Positions 1-9,873 of a DNA stretch of 64,000 nt are shown in pieces. Source of the DNA: Planctomycetota bacterium. GTDB taxonomy: Bacteria; Planctomycetota; UBA1135; UBA2386. Under the pieces are notes generated by a model, which had not been told where the DNA came from, ran no database searches, and saw nothing but the letters and a program-made list of their open reading frames with translations. Location: contig JBKAGP010000001.1 of NCBI GenBank assembly GCA_046290465.1, forward strand, positions 2,560,001 to 2,624,000, written 5' to 3'. Every line of letters starts with the position of its first letter. The first letter of the stretch is position 1. Made by a program: the position numbers and the translations under genes.

Positions 1-110
1 CCGGCGAGGTCGCGCAGCTCGCCGTAGACGCGTTCGAGCAGCCGCTCCCGCGCCTGCTGCTCGCCGCGCGCGACGGCCTGCAGCAGCCTGGTGATCGGTT
101 CGGGAGCCAT
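1..110 (-). CDS. ECF sigma factor, TIGR02999/ECF43-like (5' part only, runs off window start)
   Basis: Manual translation from ATG at 110: MAPEPITRLLQAVARGEQQARERLLERVYGELRDLA. It matches the typical 'ITxLL...G...A...L...VYxELRxLA' N-terminus of this family. Not in the ORF track. Confidence 0.75.
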   Translation of the reverse strand, partial: MAPEPITRLLQAVARGEQQARERLLERVYGELRDLA

Positions 111-175
111 GTACGCATCGACGATAGGCAGGCCGCGCACGCCCGACCAGGGGCCGCGCGCGACCCGCGCGAGGC

Positions 176-3100
176 TCACTGGCCGATGCCGCTGTAGACG
201 GCGTTGGTCAGCGTGATCGAGCCGTTCTGCCGCAGCCAGGCGCCCTGCGTCGCGAAGGCGACCCCGACCAGGCTGGTGTCGCTCGGCACCACGAACGAGC
301 CCTCGAACCCGGGCGCCGCGCCGGCAGCCGCGACCACCGTGCCGCTGGGGTCGACGTGCAGCCAGCAGCCCAGCGCCGCCACGGCCGGACCGAGCTGGCC
401 GCCGAGCAGCACGAAGCCGAGGTCGCCGACATCGCCGCCGATCTGCCGGACCTCTACCGGTTGGCCGACCCGAGCCGGCGTCGTCAGCAGGCGGCTGCGG
501 CCGTCGCACGGCACGCCGACGACCTGGTTGGACGCACCGGGCGCCGCGAACCGCACCAGCTCGTTGCCGTCCTGCGGCGACCACAGGCCGCCGACGATCG
601 TCGAGCCGACGACCTGCGGCTCCTGCAGCTCGCCGTCGAACAGCGCCAGCACGCCATTCTCGTCGAGTTCGTAGACGACGCGGTCCTCCGCGACCGAACC
701 CGAGGCGCTGAACACGACGCTGCCGCCGACCTGCACGAAGTGGTCGGGCGACGACGACTCGCCGCCCTCGAGCAGATCGACCTGCTCGACCTGCGCCGAG
801 GTCAGCAGCCGCAGTTCGTTGCCGGCGTCGACCGAGGTGCCCGACGCGACCCACTTGCCGTCGACGAAGTGGAACTCCTCGACCTCGATCTCCGCGTCGG
901 CGGCGCCGAGGTTGACGTCCTGCACCAGCTGCGCCTGCCCGGCCGCATCGACGGCGTACGGCTCCTCGCCGAGGTTGTTGAAGAACGCCTCCATCATCAG
1001 GATCAGATCGACCGCCTGGCCGAAGCCGAGGAAGTTGGCCAGCCCGACCACCAGGAAGCTGCCGCCGGTGTCGAACAGCACCGCGACGTTGCCGCCGATG
1101 TCGGTGCCGTCGTCGACCGTCAGTTGCAGGACCTTGGTCGAACCGCCGACGAACGCGGTGAACAGCAGCGACGTCTCGTCGCGCGCGGCCGAGAACTTCT
1201 GCGGGCCGCTGCCCGACGCGCCGGGCACCAGGTCGAGCAACAGGTCGACGGTGGTGCCGTCGTAGGCGAACAGCTCGGCGCCGTGCACGCCGTCGTTGGC
1301 GCCGAACACGACCAGGTTGGCGCCCGACTCCGGATCGATGATGCGGTTGAGCTCGCCCGCGAACGACGACGAACCACCGGGGCGCACGTCGAACACCTGC
1401 ACGCCGGCCACGCCGTTGCGGGCGACGACGATCTCGCGGCCTTGCGACGTGGTCACCGCGGTGCACACCAGCGTCTGGTGGTCGAACGCGATCAGCTGCT
1501 GCGGCGACGACGACAGCGGGCCGCTGCGGATGTCGGCGACCAGCTCGGCGGGCCCGCCATCGGTCGAGCGGTAGAGTTCGGTGCCGATGCCGTTGGCGTT
1601 GGCGGTCCAGTAGGCGGTCCGGCCGACGATCGTCAGCCGCGCCGGGTTGCCGTCGTCGGGGCCGGGCACGACCTCGATCGGGCTGGCGCTCTGGCCGTCG
1701 AAGAAGAACACCTCCTCGCCGTGCGCCTGCGTCTCGGCCACGAAGTAGAACGCAACCGCGTCGATCGGCCGCACCGAGCGCGGCCGGCTGCCGGCCGTGC
1801 CGACGACCGGCACCAGGTCGTGCACGACGGTGCCGGTCGCGGTGCCGTCGCTGACGGTCAGCTCCGGGCCGTCCGGACCGTTCGCCGAACACAGCAGGCG
1901 GGCGCCGCAGCAGAACAGGTCGGTCGGCTGGCTGCCGTCGGCACCGGGCAACAGGTCGACGACCAGTTGCGTGCCGGCCGGCGTGCCGTCGGTCACGAAC
2001 AGCTCCTCGCCGGTCGCCGCCGAACGGGCGCGAAAGAACACCAGCGCGCCACAGCAGACCGTTTCGCGCAACAGCGAACTGGCCGTGCCCGGCGCCAGGT
2101 CGGCCAGCCGCAGCGTGCCGGCGGCGGTGCCGTCGGAGGCCCACGGCTCGTCGAAGGCGCTGTCACCGCTGGCACCGAACACCAGCCTGCCAGCGCAGAC
2201 GATCAGGTCGTGCGGGTTGCTCGACGCAGCACCGGGCCGGAGGTCGACCAGCAGCGCGGTGCCGGCGGTCGTGCCGTCGCTGACGTGCAGTTCGCGGCCG
2301 ACGCCGGGACCGTTGGCGCTGAAGACCACCAGGCTGCCGAAGCAGGTCAGCTCGGTCGGCGCGCTCGACGAGCCGCCGGCCTGCAGGTCGCGTACCAGCC
2401 GCGTGTTGGCCGCGGTGCCGTCGGTCGCGAACAGCTCGGTGCCAGCGACCCCGTCGTTACCGCGGAAGAACAGTTCGCCGTTGCAGCACACCGGCGGCTC
2501 GGAGGCGACCACGCCGTTGTCGGCCCCGGGGTTGAGGTCGACGACCAACGCGGTGCCGGCCGCGGTGCCGTCGCTGACGTAGAGTTCGTCGCCGGTCGCG
2601 CCGTCGTCGGCGCAGAACAGCACCTGGCCGCCGCAGCAGACGAACCGGTGCGCTTCGGCAGAACCCGGCAGCGAACCGCGCGGACCGGGTTGCAGATCCG
2701 CCAGCAGGATCGTGCTCGCGGCGGCGCCGTTGGTGCGGTGCGGCTCGCGGCCCGCACCGGCGGCGAACGCCGTGAAGAACAGGTCCGCGCCGCAGACGGT
2801 CAGGCCGGCCGGAGCCGAACCCGCCGCTCCGGGCGCGACGTCGACCGCCAGCACCGTGCCGCCGGCGGTGCCGTCGGTCCGCCACAGTTCGCGGCCGGCG
2901 ACGCCGTCCGAAGCCGAGAACCAGACCTCGCCCTGGAACACCACGAAGTCGTCGGGATGCGAGCCGCGGCTGCCGACGTGGATGTCCTTGAGCAGCTGCG
3001 GGGCGCCACCGTTGTCCGGCAGCAGCCACAGCTCGCGGCCGGCGACGGCGTCGTCGGCGGCGAAGATGCAGCCGATCCCGGGCAGGGTCGCGCCGAAGCC

Positions 3101-3229
3101 GGGTTCGGAGCCGAGCGCTTCGGCGACGGTCTCGAGGTCGACCAAGGTGTCGGGCGCCGGGCCCTGGGCCAGCGCGAGGCCGGAGAACAACGTGAGCGAC
3201 GCGCTCACCGCGCGGATGGATGGGTTCAT
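176..3229 (-). CDS. Secreted ELWxxDGT-repeat (beta-propeller) protein with lineage-type C-terminal domain
   Basis: Start reset to ATG 3229 (MNPSIRAVSASLTLFSGLALAQ, signal peptide). Many repeats such as ELWRTDGTAGGT, ELYVSDGTAAGT, ELFATDGT and EPWASDGT. C-terminus ends ...GCWLHVDP...VPSDTSLVGVAFATQGAWL...TLTNAV. Confidence 0.9.
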   Translation of the reverse strand: MNPSIRAVSASLTLFSGLALAQGPAPDTLVDLETVAEALGSEPGFGATLPGIGCIFAADDAVAGRELWLLPDNGGAPQLLKDIHVGSRGSHPDDFVVFQGEVWFSASDGVAGRELWRTDGTAGGTVLAVDVAPGAAGSAPAGLTVCGADLFFTAFAAGAGREPHRTNGAAASTILLADLQPGPRGSLPGSAEAHRFVCCGGQVLFCADDGATGDELYVSDGTAAGTALVVDLNPGADNGVVASEPPVCCNGELFFRGNDGVAGTELFATDGTAANTRLVRDLQAGGSSSAPTELTCFGSLVVFSANGPGVGRELHVSDGTTAGTALLVDLRPGAASSNPHDLIVCAGRLVFGASGDSAFDEPWASDGTAAGTLRLADLAPGTASSLLRETVCCGALVFFRARSAATGEELFVTDGTPAGTQLVVDLLPGADGSQPTDLFCCGARLLCSANGPDGPELTVSDGTATGTVVHDLVPVVGTAGSRPRSVRPIDAVAFYFVAETQAHGEEVFFFDGQSASPIEVVPGPDDGNPARLTIVGRTAYWTANANGIGTELYRSTDGGPAELVADIRSGPLSSSPQQLIAFDHQTLVCTAVTTSQGREIVVARNGVAGVQVFDVRPGGSSSFAGELNRIIDPESGANLVVFGANDGVHGAELFAYDGTTVDLLLDLVPGASGSGPQKFSAARDETSLLFTAFVGGSTKVLQLTVDDGTDIGGNVAVLFDTGGSFLVVGLANFLGFGQAVDLILMMEAFFNNLGEEPYAVDAAGQAQLVQDVNLGAADAEIEVEEFHFVDGKWVASGTSVDAGNELRLLTSAQVEQVDLLEGGESSSPDHFVQVGGSVVFSASGSVAEDRVVYELDENGVLALFDGELQEPQVVGSTIVGGLWSPQDGNELVRFAAPGASNQVVGVPCDGRSRLLTTPARVGQPVEVRQIGGDVGDLGFVLLGGQLGPAVAALGCWLHVDPSGTVVAAAGAAPGFEGSFVVPSDTSLVGVAFATQGAWLRQNGSITLTNAVYSGIGQ

Positions 3230-3379
3230 GGTTGGATCGGAGTCGTGGGGACACCAGCCATGCGGCGGCGCCGGCACGGGGCGGATCACGATTCCGTCGA
3301 AATCGCGATCCGGCCGCCGGCATTCGGCGGCGCTGCGCCGTGTCGCTGGCACCCGATGCGGGCTAACCTGCTCGGCCCG

Positions 3380-6300
3380 ATGTCTGCCGCCGATCCCGTC
3401 GCGAGCCTGCTGGAGGCGTTCGCCCGCCTCACCACGACGCGTAACCTGGTCGCCCAGGTGGAGCGCGGCGCCCGCGTCAAGGCCGGCGGCCTGTGGGGCG
3501 CGTCCGCGGCGCTGCCGCTGACCGTGCTGCGCCGCCGCCAGAACAAGGACCAGACGCTGCTGATCCTGACCGCCGACGACGTCGACAGCCTGCAGCTGCA
3601 GACCGACCTGCTGGCGTTCGGCACCGACAGCCACGTGCTGATCCGCGAAGAGGAGGACGACGACGGCGAGGTCGACGCGACCAGCCGCAGCGCCCGCCAG
3701 CGCACGATGCAGCAGTTTGCGGCGGACCGGGCCCCGCTGGTCGCCAGCATCGAGGCCATGCTGCAGCCGATCGCGACGCCGCGCGGCCTGCGCAAGTCCC
3801 AGCTCGAACTGGCGGTAGGGCAACGCCTCGACCGGACCCAGATCCTGCAGCGGGCCCAGGCCGCAGGCATGCGCAGCGTGCCGCTGGTGCTGGCGCCGGG
3901 CGAGTGCAGCGTGCGCGGCGACGTCGTCGACGTGTTTCCGATGGCGAGCGAACACGCGCTGCGGCTCGAGTTCTTCGACGACACGCTCGAGTCGATCCGC
4001 AGCTTCGACGCCGCTTCGCAGCGGACCACCGAGGTCCACGACCGCTATGCGCTGGCATTGGCCGAACAGGACGAGGGCGAGGTCGGCCCGGTATTGAAAC
4101 ACCTGACGCCGTCACAGACCTGGACGGTGCAATACGAGCCATTACGTATTGAGGAGCGGGTCGCCCGATTGACGACGTTCGACGGCAATCTGGCGCCGCG
4201 CTTGCAGCTGGTGCAGGACACGCTGCGGCCGTGCGCGCACGTCGACCTGTCGTCGCTGCCGAGCCACGAATACGACTACAAGGTGCTGTCGGCCGGCTCC
4301 GCGGTCGGATCGGGCGAAGCCGACCCCGGCGGCCGCCTGCGCAGCGTGCGCGGCGTGCAGGGCCGGGTGCTGCTGTTCTGCCGCAGCGACGACGAGCGCG
4401 AACGGCTGCGCGAGATCTTCGCGCACAAGGACGTCGACCTGCGCAAGGAACGCGTCGAGCTGCTCGACGGCGCGATCAGCAAGGGCTTCCGCATCCCGGA
4501 CCTCAAGACCACGGCGCTGTCCAACGTCGAGTTCGCCGGCGTCGCCCAGCAGCCGCGGATCCGCGAGCGCGCGGTGGTGCCGTCGCGCGCGATCCAGAGC
4601 TTCTTCGAGCTCGGCCCCGGCGACCTGGTCGTGCACGCCGTGCACGGCGTCGCGCGCTTCGAGGGCACCGAGCTGGTGCACCGCGGCGAGGGCACCGAGG
4701 AGCACCTGCGGCTGGTGTTCCAGGACGAGGTCAAGCTGCTGGTCCCGGCCAGCAAGATCCACCTGGTCCAGAAGTACGTCGGCAGCGGCGGCAAGGCGCC
4801 GCTCGACAAGCTCGGCGGCAAGGGCTTCCAGAAGCGCAAGGAACAGATCTCGGAGTCGCTGTTCGACCTGGCCGCCGAACTGCTCGAGGTGCAGAGCAAG
4901 CGCGAGCTGATCAAGCGACCGCCGTATCCGCACGACCAGCTCGAGCGCGACTTCCTCGACAGCTTTCCGTTCCGCGACACGCAGGACCAGGCGCGCGCGT
5001 GGTCGGAGATCCAGCGCGACCTCGAGAAGGACACGCCGATGGAGCGGCTGCTGTGCGGTGACGTCGGCTTCGGCAAGACCGAGGTCGCGCTGCGAACGGC
5101 CTTCCGCGTGGCGATCACCGGCCGCCAGGTGGCGGTGCTGGCGCCGACCACGGTGCTGGCCGAACAGCACGCGCGCACGTTCGCCAAGCGCTGCGAACCG
5201 TTCGGGCTGACCGTCGAGCTGCTGTCCCGCTACCGCAAGCCGAAGGAGCGACGCGAGGTCCAGCAGAAGCTCGCCGCGGGCCAGGTCGACGTCGTCATCG
5301 GCACCCACCTGCTGCTCGGCAAGGACGTCAGCTTCCACGACCTCGGCCTGGTCGTCGTCGACGAGGAGCAGCGCTTCGGCGTGCGCCAGAAGGAGAAGCT
5401 CAAGAAGCTGCGCGCCGGCGTCGACGTGCTGACGCTCAGCGCGACGCCGATCCCGCGCACGCTGCACGGCTCGCTGCTCGGCATCCGCGGCATCAGCACG
5501 CTCGACAACCCGCCGCCGGGCCGACAGGAGGTCGAGACGCGCGTGCTGTTCCGCGACGACAAGGTGCTGCGCGACGCCCTGCACCGCGAACTGTCGCGCG
5601 ACGGCCAGGTGTTCGTGCTGCACAACCGCATCGACGAGCTCGAACCGCTGGCCAACCGCCTGCGCGGCCTCGCGCCCGGCGCCAAGATCGCGATCGGCCA
5701 TGGCCAGATGACCGAGGTGCAGGTCGAGAAGACCGTGCGCGCGTTCGTGCGCGGCGAGTTCGACGTGCTGGTGTCGACGACGATCGTCGAGAACGGCATC
5801 GACATCGCACGCGCCAACACGATCCTGATCGACAAGGCCGACCACTTCGGTCTGGCCGAGCTGCACCAGCTGCGCGGCCGCGTCGGCCGCAGCAGCGAGA
5901 AGGCCTACTGCTACCTGCTGCTCGACCGCGACACGCCGCCGGGCCAGGAGGCCCGCCAGCGGTTGAAGGCGCTCGAGGAGTTCTCGCACCTGGGCGCAGG
6001 CTTCGCGATCGCGATGAAGGACCTCGAGATCCGCGGCGCCGGCAACCTGCTGGGCCCACAGCAGTCCGGCCATATCGCGTCGGTCGGATATGATATGTAT
6101 TGCCAGCTGCTGCGATCGGCCGTCGAGTCCGCCAAGGTCGACCGCCGCGCGATCGCGCAGGTGGTCGAGGTCGACGTCGACCTGCGCCTGCAGGCCTACC
6201 TGCCCGAGCAGTTCCTCAAGGACCCGCGTCAGCGCCTGGAGCTGCTGCGCGAGATGGACGAGGCAACCGACGACGAGCGCTTCCGCCAGCTCGAGGCGGA

Positions 6301-6598
6301 GCTCCGGGACCGCTACGGCAAGCTGCCCAAGCCCGTGACGACGCTGCTGCGGCAGTTCCGCCTCAAGCACGCCCTCATGCAGCTCGAGGTGCACAGCGTG
6401 CAGTGGGTCGAGGACGACCGGCTGGTCGTGCGGCACCCCGCCGGCGTGCCGCTCGGCGGCAGCTGGCTCGACCACTTCCGCGAGGTGCGCCCGGTCGAGG
6501 CCGGCAAGACGCACCTGATGCTGCCGCGGCCGCGGCGCGGCAAGCAGACGGCCGACAAGGTGCTCGAGCTGCTGCTGGGCGCGACCACCGGCAGCTAG
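3380..6598 (+). CDS. mfd: Transcription-repair coupling factor Mfd
   Basis: Motifs SVRGDVVDVFP, GDLVVHAVHGVARFEG (CarD/RID), RLLCGDVGFGKTEVA, VDEEQRFGV, LSATPIPRTL, LHQLRGRVGRS, DLEIRGAGNLLG and a TRCF tail. The ORF-track N-terminal extension is the antisense of the ELWxxDGT gene. Alternative start 3356. Confidence 0.97.
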   Translation: MSAADPVASLLEAFARLTTTRNLVAQVERGARVKAGGLWGASAALPLTVLRRRQNKDQTLLILTADDVDSLQLQTDLLAFGTDSHVLIREEEDDDGEVDATSRSARQRTMQQFAADRAPLVASIEAMLQPIATPRGLRKSQLELAVGQRLDRTQILQRAQAAGMRSVPLVLAPGECSVRGDVVDVFPMASEHALRLEFFDDTLESIRSFDAASQRTTEVHDRYALALAEQDEGEVGPVLKHLTPSQTWTVQYEPLRIEERVARLTTFDGNLAPRLQLVQDTLRPCAHVDLSSLPSHEYDYKVLSAGSAVGSGEADPGGRLRSVRGVQGRVLLFCRSDDERERLREIFAHKDVDLRKERVELLDGAISKGFRIPDLKTTALSNVEFAGVAQQPRIRERAVVPSRAIQSFFELGPGDLVVHAVHGVARFEGTELVHRGEGTEEHLRLVFQDEVKLLVPASKIHLVQKYVGSGGKAPLDKLGGKGFQKRKEQISESLFDLAAELLEVQSKRELIKRPPYPHDQLERDFLDSFPFRDTQDQARAWSEIQRDLEKDTPMERLLCGDVGFGKTEVALRTAFRVAITGRQVAVLAPTTVLAEQHARTFAKRCEPFGLTVELLSRYRKPKERREVQQKLAAGQVDVVIGTHLLLGKDVSFHDLGLVVVDEEQRFGVRQKEKLKKLRAGVDVLTLSATPIPRTLHGSLLGIRGISTLDNPPPGRQEVETRVLFRDDKVLRDALHRELSRDGQVFVLHNRIDELEPLANRLRGLAPGAKIAIGHGQMTEVQVEKTVRAFVRGEFDVLVSTTIVENGIDIARANTILIDKADHFGLAELHQLRGRVGRSSEKAYCYLLLDRDTPPGQEARQRLKALEEFSHLGAGFAIAMKDLEIRGAGNLLGPQQSGHIASVGYDMYCQLLRSAVESAKVDRRAIAQVVEVDVDLRLQAYLPEQFLKDPRQRLELLREMDEATDDERFRQLEAELRDRYGKLPKPVTTLLRQFRLKHALMQLEVHSVQWVEDDRLVVRHPAGVPLGGSWLDHFREVRPVEAGKTHLMLPRPRRGKQTADKVLELLLGATTGS

Positions 6599-6887
6599 CG
6601 GGCAAAGCCCCGTCCGCACGCGTACACGCCGCTTCCGCGATCACGGTTGGCAGCGCCCGCCCGCAGGGTCCACGGCGGCTCCGACGCGGCCGGAACCACC
6701 GTGCACAACCTGTGGAATCACCTGGGCAACAACACAGGTTCGGGCGATGCGCCGGGCCGCTCGGCTGCATGACGCATCCGGTACGTGCGATACGCGGAAA
6801 AGGTTGGCAGCGGCCATGCGCGGTTCCGTAGAAGGGTCCCCCCTTCTGCGCGCTGCCACCCCTGGCGCCAGCCCATTCGATTCGCAC

Positions 6888-8675
6888 ATGCAGAGCCTCC
6901 GCTCGCTATTCGTCCCCGCCGTGCTGGCGACCTGGATGCTGAACGCGTCCGGTCCGATCGCGCAGGAGCCTGGAAGCCAGGCGCCCGAGCGTTCGCAGCC
7001 GCGGACCGAGTCCCCCCGCCCGTCCAACCAGGACCCGCGCCCCGCGGGTCGCCGCCGCGCCGGCGGACGCCGCCGCGGGCTGATCGTGATCGAAGCCGGC
7101 ACGGTGCACCCGGTCAGCGGACCGCCGATCGAGAACGGCGTCGTCGTCATCCGCGGCGACCGCATCCTCGCGGTCGGACAACAGGGCGACCTGCAGCTGC
7201 CGCCGAACACGACGGTGCACAAGTTCCCCGATGGCCATGTCTACCCCGGCCTGATCGACGCCTCGACCGACGCGTTCACCGACTCCGGCCTGCAGCGCGA
7301 CGGCAGCCTCAACGGCGGCAGCGAGCTCGCCGACGGCCTGGTGTGGACCGGCGACCGCGACGACCAGCTGGTCCGCCACGGCGTGACCACGGCCTACGTG
7401 AACGTTCGCACCGGCGCGCAGGTGCGCGGCCAGGGCGCGATCGTGCGCCCGCACGCCAGCGGCTTCGAGCTGTGGGAGGACAAGGAGCAGGCCGCGCTGC
7501 AGCTGCGCATGGCGGCCGGCACCGGCAACTCGCACCCGCTGCAGCGGCAGGCCCAGCTGCAGGCGGCGGGCCGCCTGTTCGACGGCCTCGAGGAGTTCCG
7601 CGACGCGCAGGAGAAGTTCGAGAAGGATCTCGAGAAGTACAACGAGGAGTTCGAGAAGTACCTCGACCACCACAAGAAGAAGAACGGCAAGGAAGACAAG
7701 CCGAAGGCCGACCCGAAGGCCGACCCCAAGCCCGACGGCGAGGCAGCCAAGAAGGAGGGCGAGAAGCCCTCGGAGGCGCGTCCCGGACGGCGTCGACCCG
7801 GCGGTCGCCGCCGCCCGCCGCAAGGTGGCGGGGACGGCAACGGCGAGGGCGGCCAGCAGCCTGAGGAGCTGACGGCCGAGGCCGTCGAGAAGGCGCTCGC
7901 CACGATGATGGCGCTGGTCGGTGAGCCGCAGCCGCAGGCCGACGCGCAGGATCCGCGCCGCGGCCGGCGCCCGAGCGGCGCGCCGCAGGGTCGTTCGCAG
8001 GGTCGCCCGCAGGGCACCCCCGCCGCCGCCAAGGCGGGCGGGGACGACAAGAAGAAGGACGACGGCCCCAAGCGCCCGAAGTACCCGAAGAAGCCCAAGG
8101 CGGACCCGCAGAAGGACGCGCTCGCCAAGGTCGTCGACGGCGTGCTGCCGCTGCGCATCGAGGCGCACCGCGTCGAGGAGCTGCGCGCCGCGCTGCGCCT
8201 GCAGCGCGACAACGACGTGCCGCTGATCGTGCTCGAGCAGGCCTACGGTGCCGGCTCGATCGCCGACGAGATCGCCGCCCAGGGCGCCACCGTCGTGCTG
8301 ACCAACGTGCTGCCGAGCGCGCTCGGCGTGCCGGGCGACAAGCGCAACCCGTTCGCGAAGTTCGACCTGACCGAGCTGCCCGGCCAGCTGCACGCGGCCG
8401 GCGTGCCGTTCGCGATCGCGAGCGGCCGCGCGCGCCTCGCGTCGGTGCTGCCGATGATGGGTGCCGCCGCCGTCGGCGCGGGCCTGTCGCCCGAGGCCGC
8501 GCTGCGCGCACTGACCCTCACCCCCGCGGAGATCCTCGGCGTCGCCGAGGACACCGGCTCCCTGTCGCGCAACAAGTTCGCCGACGTGCTGGTGACCAGC
8601 GGCCCGCTGTTCGCGAGCGACAGCAAGGTGCTGCTGGTGATGTCGAAGGGCCGCACCGAGTACGAGAGCAAGTAA
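6888..8675 (+). CDS. Secreted amidohydrolase-family protein 1 (metal ligands degenerate)
   Basis: Signal peptide ...PIAQ; IEAGTVHPVSGPPIENGVVVI; PGLIDASTD where HxH is expected; TLTPAEILGV..TGSL..KFADVLV tail; long K/E/P/R-rich insert. Confidence 0.85.
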   Translation: MQSLRSLFVPAVLATWMLNASGPIAQEPGSQAPERSQPRTESPRPSNQDPRPAGRRRAGGRRRGLIVIEAGTVHPVSGPPIENGVVVIRGDRILAVGQQGDLQLPPNTTVHKFPDGHVYPGLIDASTDAFTDSGLQRDGSLNGGSELADGLVWTGDRDDQLVRHGVTTAYVNVRTGAQVRGQGAIVRPHASGFELWEDKEQAALQLRMAAGTGNSHPLQRQAQLQAAGRLFDGLEEFRDAQEKFEKDLEKYNEEFEKYLDHHKKKNGKEDKPKADPKADPKPDGEAAKKEGEKPSEARPGRRRPGGRRRPPQGGGDGNGEGGQQPEELTAEAVEKALATMMALVGEPQPQADAQDPRRGRRPSGAPQGRSQGRPQGTPAAAKAGGDDKKKDDGPKRPKYPKKPKADPQKDALAKVVDGVLPLRIEAHRVEELRAALRLQRDNDVPLIVLEQAYGAGSIADEIAAQGATVVLTNVLPSALGVPGDKRNPFAKFDLTELPGQLHAAGVPFAIASGRARLASVLPMMGAAAVGAGLSPEAALRALTLTPAEILGVAEDTGSLSRNKFADVLVTSGPLFASDSKVLLVMSKGRTEYESK

Positions 8676-8697
8676 CCGCGGGAGCCAGGAGAACAAC

Positions 8698-9873
8698 ATG
8701 CACACCTTCACCCAGCACCTTCTGCAGCGGAGCCTCGCCGGCGCCTGCCTGCTCGCCGCAGCGGCGGCGCCCGCGTGCGCCCAGGACCTGCTGATCAAGG
8801 CCGGCCGCATCGTGGTCGCCCCCGGCACCGTCCTGACCGACAGCGCGCTGCTGGTCCGCGACGGCAAGATCGCCTACGTCGGCAACGACATCCCCGCCGA
8901 AGCCCGCGGCCGCGCGCGCACCGTCGACTACGGCGACGCGACGGTCTCGCCGGGCTTCGTGCTCGCCGCGACGACGCTCGGCAGCGACGCCGACCTGGCC
9001 GAAGGCGCGCTCGCCTTCACGCCGGACCTCAAGGTCGCCGAGGCGTTCGATCCGTGGAGCGAGAACCTCGAGCGGCTGGCCCCCTACGGCGTGACCTCGT
9101 TCGGCCTGACGCCGTCGCCGCGCAACGTCGCCGGCGGCATCGGCGTGCTCGCCAAGCCGGGCAAGGAGCGCGGCCGCGTGATGGCAGCCGAGGCGTTCGT
9201 CGGCTTCTCGCTGACGCGCGCGGCGCGCAGCCAGGAACGGGACCCGACCTCGCTGATGGGCGCGCGCGAGATGCTGCGCGACGCGTTCGACACGGCCCGC
9301 ATCGGCGTCGAGATCGGCCCGGACCTCGCGGTGCTGCGCCAGGTCATGGCCGGCTCGCGCCGCGCCGTCGTGCACGCCGACACGTTCGCCGAGCTCAACG
9401 CCGCGCTGTCGCTGGGCAAGGAGTTCAACTTCGCGCCGGTCATCGTCGGCGGCCGTGAGTCCGCCAAGGTGCTCGCCAAGCTGGCCGAACGCGGCGCCGG
9501 CGTGGTGCTGCCGACGCTGACCCCGACGGCGCGCATCGCCGACCTCGAACTGCCGGCTGCGCTGGCCGAGGCCGGCGTGCCGTTCTGCTTCGCCGGTCGC
9601 CCCGACCAGCTGCGCGTCTCGGCGGCGCTGGCGGTCCGCAACGGGCTGTCGCGCGAGCACGCCCACGCGGCGCTGACCCGCACGCCGGCGACCCTGATGG
9701 GCCAGCAGGCCGCGGTCGGCGCGCTGCGCCAGAACTGCAGCGCCGACTTCGTCGTCTTCGCCGGCGACCTGCTCGACCTCAGCGCGCGCCACGTCGCGAC
9801 CTGGGTCGACGGCGTCCGCGTCAGCGGCGACGCCCCCGCCAGCAACCACACGAACACGAAGGCAAGCCGATGA
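8698..9873 (+). CDS. Secreted amidohydrolase-family protein 2 (degenerate)
   Basis: RBS AGGAG upstream; signal ...ACAQ; PGFVLAATT (no HxH); C-terminal ALTRTPATLMG...VGAL...ADFVVF. Confidence 0.85.
   Translation: MHTFTQHLLQRSLAGACLLAAAAAPACAQDLLIKAGRIVVAPGTVLTDSALLVRDGKIAYVGNDIPAEARGRARTVDYGDATVSPGFVLAATTLGSDADLAEGALAFTPDLKVAEAFDPWSENLERLAPYGVTSFGLTPSPRNVAGGIGVLAKPGKERGRVMAAEAFVGFSLTRAARSQERDPTSLMGAREMLRDAFDTARIGVEIGPDLAVLRQVMAGSRRAVVHADTFAELNAALSLGKEFNFAPVIVGGRESAKVLAKLAERGAGVVLPTLTPTARIADLELPAALAEAGVPFCFAGRPDQLRVSAALAVRNGLSREHAHAALTRTPATLMGQQAAVGALRQNCSADFVVFAGDLLDLSARHVATWVDGVRVSGDAPASNHTNTKASR

Noticed and set aside
356..3379. 2080-aa ORF suggesting a giant N-terminal extension on Mfd (and the 176..4102 extension on the ELWxxDGT gene)
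   Set aside because: The extensions are antisense read-through of the neighbouring real gene in high-GC DNA. Real starts are about 3380 (+) and 3229 (-).
6700..6720. DnaA-box-like words (TGTGGAAT, GTGCACAAC) suggesting oriC
   Set aside because: Only one or two imperfect matches, no AT-rich unwinding element and no dnaA/dnaN context.
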